Below are positions 55,871-64,000 of a stretch of 64,000 nt of DNA, piece after piece. This DNA is from Terriglobia bacterium. Lineage in GTDB: Bacteria; Acidobacteriota; Polarisedimenticolia; Polarisedimenticolales; JAIQFR01. Where the stretch lies: assembly GCA_963748015.1 (NCBI GenBank), contig CAVVHE010000009.1, forward strand, positions 224,001-288,000, read 5' to 3'. The notes below the pieces were generated by a model. It did no database searches, was not told the origin of the DNA, and saw only the letters and a program-made list of their open reading frames with translations. Both the position numbers and the translations under genes were made by a program. Positions within the stretch are counted from its first letter, which is position 1. Every line of letters begins with the position of its first letter.

Positions 55871-57640
55871 TCAGTACGTCTCTGGGTTGTGGTTGTCGCC
55901 GTGACAGGTCAGGTAGCACGCGCCGTGACGGGCTCCCCGGTCTTCGAAGCGGAGGATGCCGCTCGACGAAGGACTCACCACGCTCACGTCGAAGTTGATC
56001 AGGTTGGAGTTGTTCGTCGAGTTGCCCTGGGTCGCGCTCACGCCGTGGGGGTCGTGGCAGACGGAGCAGGACGCATTCTCCCCGTCGATGTGCAGGTTGT
56101 GACGGGGGAACGACACGTTGCCCATGATGCTGCTCTGGCTGTGGCACTTGAAGCAGAGGGCGTACATCTGGGCGAAGTTCGTACCGGAGTTGTTCGCCCC
56201 CACGTTGAGGTTCCGCTCGAGCAGGTGCGGATACTGCGATCCGTGGGGGCCCCTGGGACCGGTGCCCCCGGCGCCCGGCCCGGTGTCGTTGTCGTGGCAG
56301 CTCGTGCAGTAGATCACGCTGGCCGTGGTGTACGGCGCGAGCAGGCTCGGCACGTCCGCGTTCCTGCCCGCCGCCTCGACCGCGTGGTGCGAGGGGTTGG
56401 TCGGGTCGAACTCGAGGCGCACGTTGAACTGCACGAGCTGCCGGCGCGTGTAGGGAGGGGTCGGAAGCCCGGACGGCTGCGGCTTGTTGGCGCTGTCCGC
56501 GTGGCACTTGAAGCAGATCTGGTACTCGTAGGACGCCGGGCTCACGCGGACCCCCCCGGAGCTGAGCCCCCAGGTTCCGCTCAACGCGCCCGAGACCGCC
56601 GGTGCGCTGGCGGCTCGCGAGTAGGAGGCGTGCGCGTTGTGACAGTCCGCGCACTCCGCGTGGCGCGGGGCCGAGGGGTTCGTCTCGGGCAGCGGCCGCG
56701 TCGCGCTCGACGGGGTCTCGGCGGCGTCGTGGCTCGACGGGGTCGTGGCGTAGGTCGGGTGGACATACGCCTTGTTGAACTCGGCCGAGATGTTCCTCGC
56801 AGCGACCGAGCCGTTGTGGCAGCGGTCGCACGTCGCCTCCTCGACGAACTTCAGGAGCCTCTGGGGGACGTTGCCGGAGTGCGGGCGGTGGCAGCTCTCG
56901 CAGCCGTTGTCCCGCACGGTGGTGTATCCCGTGTGCGCCCCCTGAGAGGCCGTGTACGTCTTCGTCGAGGACTGGTGGGCGGAGGGGTTCGTGCTCCAGG
57001 CCGCGGGCCGGTGACAGGTCACGCAGACCGCGGACGCCTGGTTGCTCTTGACCAGGAATTTCCGGGTCACCGTGTCGCGGTCCTCCGTGTGGGGGTCGTG
57101 GCACGCCGTGCACTGGACGCTGCCGGTCTCGTCGTAGGCGACGGCGTCTCCCGCGGGAGGAGCGACCATCTCGGGGTCCGCGACGCTCGGCTGGAACGAG
57201 ATCGGGTGGTCGTCGGTCAGGTCCACGCCGAGGTTCGACGTGCCGGCGGGCATCTTTCCGCCCGCGGCCGTGTTCGAGAGCGAGATCAGCCCGTCGTTGA
57301 CCGTCTGGCCCAGCGCCACCGTGCCGTCGTGGCAGCTCAGGCAGAGCTTGGAGGAACCCGAGGGCTGCCCGACGGGGGTGGCAGCCCTCATCGTGCTGCT
57401 GCCGTAGGTCGAATAGGAGGTCGTGGATCCGGCGTGGTTCCACAGGGGCGCGGCCGGCCTCGCGTTGTGCGGCGTGTGGCAGAAGATGCAGGTCTCGCTC
57501 TCCGCGGTCGCGCGAATCGGGCCGGGCCCGGTCGTGGAGAGATTGTGCTTCGAGGTCGCGAGGTCCGCCGCGAGAGACGGCAGTCCCGAGGGCAGAGCGA
57601 GGGCGAGAGCCGCGCACAGCCACGTCGCGAGCGTCTTCAC
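55871..57640 (-). CDS. Multiheme cytochrome c (11 CxxCH + 1 CxxxCH) with OmcE-like N-terminal tetraheme domain
   Basis: GTG start overlapping the upstream TGA; signal peptide; CIFCH, CLSCH, CTACH, CVTCH, CESCH, CDRCH, CADCH, CFKCH, CTSCH, CFKCH, CSVCH, CYLTCH. Confidence 0.88.
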   Translation of the reverse strand: MKTLATWLCAALALALPSGLPSLAADLATSKHNLSTTGPGPIRATAESETCIFCHTPHNARPAAPLWNHAGSTTSYSTYGSSTMRAATPVGQPSGSSKLCLSCHDGTVALGQTVNDGLISLSNTAAGGKMPAGTSNLGVDLTDDHPISFQPSVADPEMVAPPAGDAVAYDETGSVQCTACHDPHTEDRDTVTRKFLVKSNQASAVCVTCHRPAAWSTNPSAHQSSTKTYTASQGAHTGYTTVRDNGCESCHRPHSGNVPQRLLKFVEEATCDRCHNGSVAARNISAEFNKAYVHPTYATTPSSHDAAETPSSATRPLPETNPSAPRHAECADCHNAHASYSRAASAPAVSGALSGTWGLSSGGVRVSPASYEYQICFKCHADSANKPQPSGLPTPPYTRRQLVQFNVRLEFDPTNPSHHAVEAAGRNADVPSLLAPYTTASVIYCTSCHDNDTGPGAGGTGPRGPHGSQYPHLLERNLNVGANNSGTNFAQMYALCFKCHSQSSIMGNVSFPRHNLHIDGENASCSVCHDPHGVSATQGNSTNNSNLINFDVSVVSPSSSGILRFEDRGARHGACYLTCHGDNHNPETY

Positions 57641-58707
57641 GAGCCGCCCTCGCCGCGCCCCGGATCGCCGAGGTATCGCAGGATCTGGATCCGGTGGTTC
57701 GCGGAATCGGCGACGAGGATCCTCCCCGCGTCGTCGACGTGGATCCCGGCCGGTAGCTCGAACTCGCCCGGGCCGCTCCCGGTGCCGCCGACGATCGTGA
57801 GGAGCGCTCCCGCGGCGTCGAACACCTGTATGACGTCGTGCAGTCCCTCGACGACGTAGACGTGGCCGTCGCGGTCCAGCGCGATCCCCTTCGCCTTGTC
57901 GAAGCTCCCCGGAACGTGCCCCGCCGCTCCGAACGCGCGCACGAAGCGGCCGGACCCGTCGAGGACCTGGACCCGGAAGTTCATGGAATCGCCGACATAG
58001 AGGTTTCCCTCGCGGTCGACCGCGACGGACACCGGGTAGTTGAGCTGGCCGTCGCCGGCTCCCCTTCCTCCGGCCTCCATCACGCGGTTCCCGGTGGCGT
58101 CGAACCCGACGATCCTGTGCGCGAGCGTATCCACCACGTACAGGAGCTCTCGCTCCCGGTCGAAGGCCAGGCCGGTCGGGCGGAGGAGCCGGCCTCCTCC
58201 GCCGAGCGTACCGGTCCAGCTCCCCTCGCCGTCGAAGACGAACACCGCCGCGCGCATGGAGTCGGACACGTAGATCCTTCCGTGCCCGTCGCAGGCGACC
58301 CCCACCGGCGACACGAGCGGCGCGCCGTCGGCCTCGCGGATGCGGCGGTACTTCGTGCGCGCCGTGTCGAACAGGTGCACGCTGCGCGCGTCCGGATCGG
58401 CCACCGCGATCGACCCGTCCGGGGTCACGGTGACGGCGTAGGGGCGCGACATTCCCTCGCGCCTCCGGCCGCGAACGAGCTGGTCGAGGAAGCGAACGAG
58501 CCGGTTGTGCTGGATGCCGAGATCGGCGGGGACGCTCACCGTTTGGAGCCACTCGATGCGAGGAGGATCGGGGGGAGGGGGCCACGCCGGCCTCGGTCCC
58601 GCGGGATCGTGGCGGGCCGGGCCCCGCGCGCAGGCGGGAAGGAGTCCCGCCAGCAGCACCAAGGCAAACGCGCGCCCCACGAAGCTCGAAGCCGTTCGAC
58701 CGCTCAC
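57637..58707 (-). CDS. NHL-repeat beta-propeller lipoprotein
   Basis: LPAC lipobox; WPPPPDPPRI; repeated P..VA.D..G.LYV.DS.N.RVQV. Confidence 0.85.
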   Translation of the reverse strand: MSGRTASSFVGRAFALVLLAGLLPACARGPARHDPAGPRPAWPPPPDPPRIEWLQTVSVPADLGIQHNRLVRFLDQLVRGRRREGMSRPYAVTVTPDGSIAVADPDARSVHLFDTARTKYRRIREADGAPLVSPVGVACDGHGRIYVSDSMRAAVFVFDGEGSWTGTLGGGGRLLRPTGLAFDRERELLYVVDTLAHRIVGFDATGNRVMEAGGRGAGDGQLNYPVSVAVDREGNLYVGDSMNFRVQVLDGSGRFVRAFGAAGHVPGSFDKAKGIALDRDGHVYVVEGLHDVIQVFDAAGALLTIVGGTGSGPGEFELPAGIHVDDAGRILVADSANHRIQILRYLGDPGRGEGGS

Positions 58708-58717
58708 GTTTCCCCCG

Positions 58718-60466
58718 TCAGAAGAGAAGCCGGCTGACCTTCAGCAGGACCGTGTCCTGCGAGAAGGAGGTGTCGTTGTTCCGCTCGTAGTGTGACACGG
58801 TCAGCGTGATCCTCCACACCGCCCAGCTCCACTCGACCTCGGGATGGTACGAGAGGACCGTCTCTCTGCCGATGGACGTGAACTCTCGGTTCTCGAACCG
58901 GGCCTGGATTCGCGCCTGCAGGTGCCGGTGGAACCTCCAGTAGCCGCCCGCGAACGCGATCCTCGCCCGGTTCACCAGGTCGCTCCCCGGCGTGAAGGGC
59001 GACCCCGACGCCGGGTCCGGGATGAATTCCGAGATGCCGTCGCGTGCCGACGCGCCGACGGAGACGCCGCCGCTCGGCGAGGAGAGGCTACCGTCGACGC
59101 CGATCTCGCGGCTGGTCTGCAGTCCGAACTGGAAGGTGTCGTACCGGTTACCGCGCACGTAGGCCGACGTCCGCCACTGAACGGACTCGCCGGTCCCTCC
59201 CTCGAGGCCCACGGTTCCCCGGGCCTCGTCGAACGAGTACCCCACCCCGGTGGTGTCGTTCTGGTCCTTGCGGTAGGACACGGAGGCGAAGACCTGCTCG
59301 GCCCGCGCGACGGGCATTCGCGCCTCGACGTCGAGCGACCCGTTCTTAATGTCGCGGAGCTCTCCGGTGTCGAACTTGGTCCGGGTGAACCCCATCGCGC
59401 CCGCCGCGCCGAGGTGAAAATCGCTCCACTCCCGGGTGTAGCGGAGCCCGGCCACGACGCCGGCGAGATCCTGCATCGTGTCGATCCCGTTCGCGGCGGT
59501 CTCGAGCTTTCCGCCGATCACGCCGGCGTCCGACTCCCAGTGCTCGGCCAGCGTGAACCGGGCCATGCCCCGCGCGGTGTGGCTCGTCGAGTTCACGAAC
59601 TTCCCGTCGTTCCGGTCGTAGTCGTAGCTGAGGTTGAAGCCCACGCGGCGCCTGAGCGGGACGTCGTAGATCCCGGAGAAACGGCCCGTGTTCAGCTCGT
59701 CGCGCTCCCCCGTGTTGAAGAGCGCATCCGAGAGCCCGCGGCTGCCGTGGACGAGAAGGGTCGAGCCGTTGGCGAACCCCGTCCGGTCCTCGACGACGAG
59801 CTCCTGGCGCTTGAACCGGGTGTCGTTCACCAGCTCGCTCTGGTCGTCGAGCGTGTAGCGCGCGGAGAGCTCGCCGTTGTCGAACCGCTGGATGAACTGC
59901 AGCGTACCGTTGGTCCTCCGCTCCTTCAGCGAGACCGGCGACAGCAGGTCGTAGGAGGACTTGTCGAACTGAGCGCGGAGATTGCGTCCCCCGGCGGTGG
60001 CGAGGTTCCACTCCGCGCCATAGGCCGCCGTCTCCCGGTCGCTGCTCGCGAGCGAGACGGCCGCCGTGTCGGTCGTCGAGCGCCTCGCGAAGAGCAGGAG
60101 CGGGAAGGGGCGCGAGGGGAAGAAGGTCATCATCGCGCGGTAGCCGAGGGTGGTGTCGTCGAGCCGCTGCCCGTCCACCTTCTGGTCCGCGCGGAAGAAA
60201 TCGAGACCCAGCGCGTAGCGGTTGAATCGCGTGTCCCAGATCGCCCCCGTGAGGTCGAGGGAGTACCTCTGGCGGAAGGCGTCGAAGTGGGCCACCGTTC
60301 CCTCGGAGTCGCCGACGCTGCGGTAGAGCTCCCAGTCCGCCGACCCGTTGAGGCGGGCGGCGCCCGCGCGGTCCTCTTCGGCCTCCCAGGTGGCCTGGGA
60401 AAAGGCCGGAGCGACCGTCAGGGCGAGCGCCGCCAGCAGGAAGAACGCGCGTCGAGACGAGCGCAT
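58718..60466 (-). CDS. Outer-membrane beta-barrel (porin-like partner of multiheme cytochromes)
   Basis: Signal peptide; many amphipathic strands; C-terminal LLKVSRLLF; located between cytochrome genes. Confidence 0.72.
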   Translation of the reverse strand: MRSSRRAFFLLAALALTVAPAFSQATWEAEEDRAGAARLNGSADWELYRSVGDSEGTVAHFDAFRQRYSLDLTGAIWDTRFNRYALGLDFFRADQKVDGQRLDDTTLGYRAMMTFFPSRPFPLLLFARRSTTDTAAVSLASSDRETAAYGAEWNLATAGGRNLRAQFDKSSYDLLSPVSLKERRTNGTLQFIQRFDNGELSARYTLDDQSELVNDTRFKRQELVVEDRTGFANGSTLLVHGSRGLSDALFNTGERDELNTGRFSGIYDVPLRRRVGFNLSYDYDRNDGKFVNSTSHTARGMARFTLAEHWESDAGVIGGKLETAANGIDTMQDLAGVVAGLRYTREWSDFHLGAAGAMGFTRTKFDTGELRDIKNGSLDVEARMPVARAEQVFASVSYRKDQNDTTGVGYSFDEARGTVGLEGGTGESVQWRTSAYVRGNRYDTFQFGLQTSREIGVDGSLSSPSGGVSVGASARDGISEFIPDPASGSPFTPGSDLVNRARIAFAGGYWRFHRHLQARIQARFENREFTSIGRETVLSYHPEVEWSWAVWRITLTVSHYERNNDTSFSQDTVLLKVSRLLF

Positions 60467-60536
60467 CGTCTCAGGGAAGACGACGGGCGTCCGCCCCTCG
60501 TGCCCAGGGCGGGACGCCCGGCGCCTCGCTCCCTGC

Positions 60537-61238
60537 CTACTTCCGGTGACAGGTCAGGCAGAGCTGGCTGCCGGTGTTGGTCTTGGTGAGGAACGGCACG
60601 TTCGAGTTGTCGTGGGGGTCGTGGCAGCTCGCGCACTGGACCTTGCCCGCGAAGAGCGGCACGGTGTGGGCGGCGTCCACGTACGACGTCGAGACCGGCG
60701 TGACGAGCCCTCCGTCGGCGGTCGCGAGCGCGGCGCTGAACGTGAAGTTCACCGGGTGGTCGTTCGAGAGGCTGCTTCCCATGTTCGATCCGCGACTCGC
60801 GGAGATCCGGCCCGAGGCGTCGAGCTCGTGACCCGAGCCCATGGTCGGGTTCGCTCCGATGTCGTTCGAGGGATTGCCCAGGCTGTTGACCCCGACGGTC
60901 CCGTCGTGGCAGCTCATGCAGAGGAGCGACACGTCCGAGCCGCCGCCGATGTCCGCGATGTCCGAGGCGTTGAGGGTCGGGGAGGCGTACACCCCGTAGC
61001 TCGCGACCGTGGAGCGCGTGTGGTTCCAGAGAGGCGCGGCCGTCGTCGCCTGGTGAGGCGTGTGGCAGAACACGCACACCTGGTCCTCGTTGGTGGAGCG
61101 GTCGACGATCTGGCTGGCGCCCGCCGTGGAAGAGAGATTGTGCTTCGTGTCGGCCACGCTCGTCTGCGCGAGGACGGGCGAGGCCAGGGCGATCGCCGCG
61201 AGTAGAAGAGACGCGGCCTTGACAGCTCGACGGATCAT
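60537..61238 (-). CDS. omcE: OmcE-like secreted tetraheme cytochrome c
   Basis: 233 aa; TKHNLSS, DQVCVFCHTPH..PLWN, SLLCMSCHDG, LSNDHPVNF, CASCHDPHDN..PFL, GSQLCLTCHRK follow, in order, the motifs I recall from Geobacter OmcE. Confidence 0.78.
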   Translation of the reverse strand: MIRRAVKAASLLLAAIALASPVLAQTSVADTKHNLSSTAGASQIVDRSTNEDQVCVFCHTPHQATTAAPLWNHTRSTVASYGVYASPTLNASDIADIGGGSDVSLLCMSCHDGTVGVNSLGNPSNDIGANPTMGSGHELDASGRISASRGSNMGSSLSNDHPVNFTFSAALATADGGLVTPVSTSYVDAAHTVPLFAGKVQCASCHDPHDNSNVPFLTKTNTGSQLCLTCHRK

Positions 61239-61262
61239 GGGTCGTCCTCCTGGGTTTGAGGT

Positions 61263-62322
61263 CTAGTTCTTCAAGTACTGGAAAACCTGGACCCTGTGGT
61301 TCAGCTGATCCACCACGAAGATCCGGTCCTTGCCGTCGATGTGAATGCCCGCGGGCATCCAAAAGGTGCCCGGCCCGGTGCCCACGGCACCGACGTCGAG
61401 GAGCAGCTGCCCGCTCCTGTCGAAGATCTGGAAATTGTTGAACGCGGCGTCCACGACGTAGACGTGCCCCTCGCTGTCCACCGCGATCCCCTTCGGCCGC
61501 TGCAAGCTCCCCGGCCCGTCCCCCGCCTGCCCGAACACGGAGAGCGGCTTGCCTTCGGGATCGAGGACCTGGATCCGGAAGTTCCCGGTGTCCACGACGT
61601 AGACGTTTCCCTTCGGCGTCGAGGGCGAGGTTCGTCGGGAAGTTGAACTGCCCCTGCGCGGGCCCGCGCGAGCCCCAGCGCGCGAGGAACTGGCCTTCGG
61701 TGGAGTAGACGAGGATCTGGTGGAGGTGGCTGTCGGTGACGTAGAGCCGGTGCCTCTTCCGGTCGATCGCCAGTCCCGTGGGGTTCTTCATCCCCTGGTC
61801 GCGGCCGAGGGCGAGGAGCACGTTGCCGTCTCCGTCGAAGCAGAACACCTCGTTCAAGTCGGCGTCGGCGACGAAGACCCGCTCCTTCTCGTCGAGGGCG
61901 AGTCCGATGGGTGTCGAGAGGCGGACGCGCCCCGTCGTGGCGAACGGACGGACCTGGCGGGCGCGCGGATCGAACACGAAGACGGCGCCCTGGTTGGTGT
62001 CGGAGACGTAAATGCGCCCGGCGGAGTCGGTCGCGACGCCGTACGGCTTTCGCAGGGAGATGCCGGGGTCGGTCTCCGGCCCCAGCAGGGCCCTCCGCCA
62101 CGTGCTCTTCTTGCGGAAGTCCGTCGCGCCGTAGAAGGACTCGAGGTAGCGGATCCTCGGAGGATCCGGAGGAAGCGGCCAGACCAGTTGCGAGTCCTGC
62201 GCCGTCTTGTCGGTCTTCGTCGGCCGGGCGAAGGCGGAGCCGGCGAGCGCGGCGGCGAGCAGGGCGGACGCGACGGCGGCTGCGGCGAACATCCCACGCG
62301 CGCTTCGCGACAGGCTCTTCAT
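61263..62322 (-). pseudogene. NHL-repeat beta-propeller protein interrupted by a 1-nt frameshift near 61606..61611
   Basis: WPLPPDPPRI and NHL repeats up to LALDAEG, continuing in another frame as NVYVVDTGNFRIQV...QVFQYLKN. Confidence 0.75.
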
Positions 62323-62354
62323 GGCGGCTCCTCGGTGGCGGACGATCGGCGCGG

Positions 62355-64000
62355 TCACGGACGGTGGTCCTGATCGGGGGCCGGCCCCGGCGGCGTCGAC
62401 TGCACCGAGGCCCGCGCCTCGGTCGCCTGGATCACGGGAGCCTCACCGGCGGGCGCCTGGGGCTTGGAAGGCGGCGCCGCCTGATCCTCGCGGCGCACGA
62501 GGTACGGCATGAGGGGCGTGACCTCGAACGGCATCTTCTCCCGCGGGGAGAGGAGGACGACCTGGTTCCCCTTCATGAGCTCGATCCGGCCGGTCCACGG
62601 GTCCACCTTCACGCGCCCTCCGAGCGGCAGCGCCGCGGTCTGGTTGAGCGCCGTCATGTACAGCTCCGGCGCCGACTCCAGGACCTTCGCCATGCGGTAC
62701 AGCTTGTCCTTCTCCGCGAGGCGGTTGCCGAAGTGGGGCCGGATGAGGGCGGGCAGCGCCTTCGCCCTGAGCGAGAGCGCCTTCAGGAACAGCCCGGCGT
62801 TGCTCAGCTTGTCCTTGTAGGGAGAGTTCTCGAGGAGCATGATCGCCTTCCCGTCGGCCTCGTACTCCTCGCCGGGATCGCGCTTCAGGAAGAACCGCTC
62901 CATCGCCTCCTTGTCCCCGACGAGCATGCGGTCGCTGAACGCGTACTTGGTGTCGAGTTGGTGGCCGGCCAGGATGTGCCCGAGCTCGTGGGCCAGCACC
63001 ATCGCCAGGCTCGCCTCGTCGGGAAGGACGTCGATGAGCCCGCGGCTCAGCACGATCGTGTGGCCGACCGTGAACGACTCGAGCGGGGAGGTCATCAGCA
63101 CGCGGCAGCGCGGCCGCGGGTCGATGTCGAGGGAGTTGGTCACCTCGAGGTTCGTGACGACGGTCTCGAGGACCTTGTCCACCTCGCCCTCCGGTGCGAG
63201 GAGGCCGCCCTTCTCGAGACGTTGGAGCACGTTCTCCTCCGCCTCGCGCTCCCAGGCCCTGAGACTTCCGACCGGAGAGAGGTCGCCGGGACCCCCGGTC
63301 TTGTCGCTCGCGAGAGCGCTTTCGACCTGGACCTTCGTGAACTCCTCCTCGCCGGTCCTGCGCTTCAGCTCGTACCCCCAGATGCGCGTCATGCCCTTGA
63401 ACTTCCTGAGCAGCAGCTGGTCCTTGGGCCGGAACTCCGACTCCTCGGTGTACACGTAGGCGGGGAACCACACCCCAGGCCCCATCTGGATCCTCCAGCT
63501 GTCGAAGTGGAGGCTCTGCTTCACGGCGCCGGTGTAGGTCCCGTTGTAGCGGACGACGTTGAAATCGCGGTCCTCGACCCAGATCCGGCCGATGAAGCTC
63601 CCGGGCCGCGCGCTCTCCTTGGGGGCCACCTCGAACACGAGCGTTCGCACCTCGCCGAGGAACTCGCGGCGGACGAACTCGAAGTCGTAATGCTCGCGAT
63701 CGAACGATCCCGCGTCGAGCACGATCATGCGGGCGAAGCCGTCCGGCTTGAAGTTGTGGGCGTAGAAGTCCTTGAACAGGTCGAGGAGCTTGCGCCCCGC
63801 CTCGACGCCGGCCTGGCCGGGCGCTCCGCCCGTTCCTCGCGACGGCTCGAGCTTGCCGAGGAAATAGTCGTCCTTCATCGGGATGGTGCCGAGCTGGCGG
63901 TCGGGCTCGAGCGTCTGGATGTAGGTCTCGACCAGCGGGTGGTACTTCTCGAGGCTCGTGGCGAGCGCGCTCTCCCGCGCGACGATCGACGCGACCGCCT
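62355..64000 (-). CDS. M48-family metalloprotease-domain protein (5'-truncated by window)
   Basis: Frame open to the window end (PLVETYIQ...DDYFLG); LSRGLIDVLPDEASLAMVLAHELGH. Confidence 0.8.
   Translation of the reverse strand, partial: AVASIVARESALATSLEKYHPLVETYIQTLEPDRQLGTIPMKDDYFLGKLEPSRGTGGAPGQAGVEAGRKLLDLFKDFYAHNFKPDGFARMIVLDAGSFDREHYDFEFVRREFLGEVRTLVFEVAPKESARPGSFIGRIWVEDRDFNVVRYNGTYTGAVKQSLHFDSWRIQMGPGVWFPAYVYTEESEFRPKDQLLLRKFKGMTRIWGYELKRRTGEEEFTKVQVESALASDKTGGPGDLSPVGSLRAWEREAEENVLQRLEKGGLLAPEGEVDKVLETVVTNLEVTNSLDIDPRPRCRVLMTSPLESFTVGHTIVLSRGLIDVLPDEASLAMVLAHELGHILAGHQLDTKYAFSDRMLVGDKEAMERFFLKRDPGEEYEADGKAIMLLENSPYKDKLSNAGLFLKALSLRAKALPALIRPHFGNRLAEKDKLYRMAKVLESAPELYMTALNQTAALPLGGRVKVDPWTGRIELMKGNQVVLLSPREKMPFEVTPLMPYLVRREDQAAPPSKPQAPAGEAPVIQATEARASVQSTPPGPAPDQDHRP

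Noticed and set aside
61606..61612. GGGAAAC as a programmed -1 frameshift heptamer
   Set aside because: The phase is wrong: restoring the NHL repeat needs +1, not -1.
1..64000. CRISPR array, integrase/transposase, prophage or defence genes
   Set aside because: No regularly spaced direct repeats and no recognisable mobile-element or defence protein motifs were seen.

Overview
A very GC-rich bacterial chromosomal window. Gene content and the M48 protein type suggest Acidobacteriota (inference). It has about 45 CDS and no rRNA, tRNA, CRISPR or transposase that I can support. Left: amino-acid catabolism and transport (DASS transporter, asparaginase, AsmA, Tat-signal L-serine dehydratase, MFS, Ca2+/H+ antiporter), then outer-membrane barrels, lipoproteins and a TonB-dependent receptor. 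Middle: four TMTC-like membrane/TPR proteins, two NarL-type two-component systems, a pentaheme cytochrome, a hemerythrin-like protein, secreted proteases, and a DsbA-like gene with an in-frame TGA in a UxxC motif followed by a SECIS-like hairpin (probable selenoprotein split by the ORF track). Right: a TlpA-DUF4266 fusion/DUF3570/ApbE flavinylation operon converges on an operon of NHL propeller, OmcE-like tetraheme cytochrome, outer-membrane barrel, NHL lipoprotein and 12-heme cytochrome, a candidate cytochrome-nanowire/extracellular electron transfer system. Also notable: a C-terminal domain shared by two unrelated secreted proteins, a recurring 15-bp palindromic operator, a 163-bp element with 29-bp terminal inverted repeats, leaderless-type promoters and two frameshifted genes. 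All family assignments come from motif recognition by eye; no searches were run.
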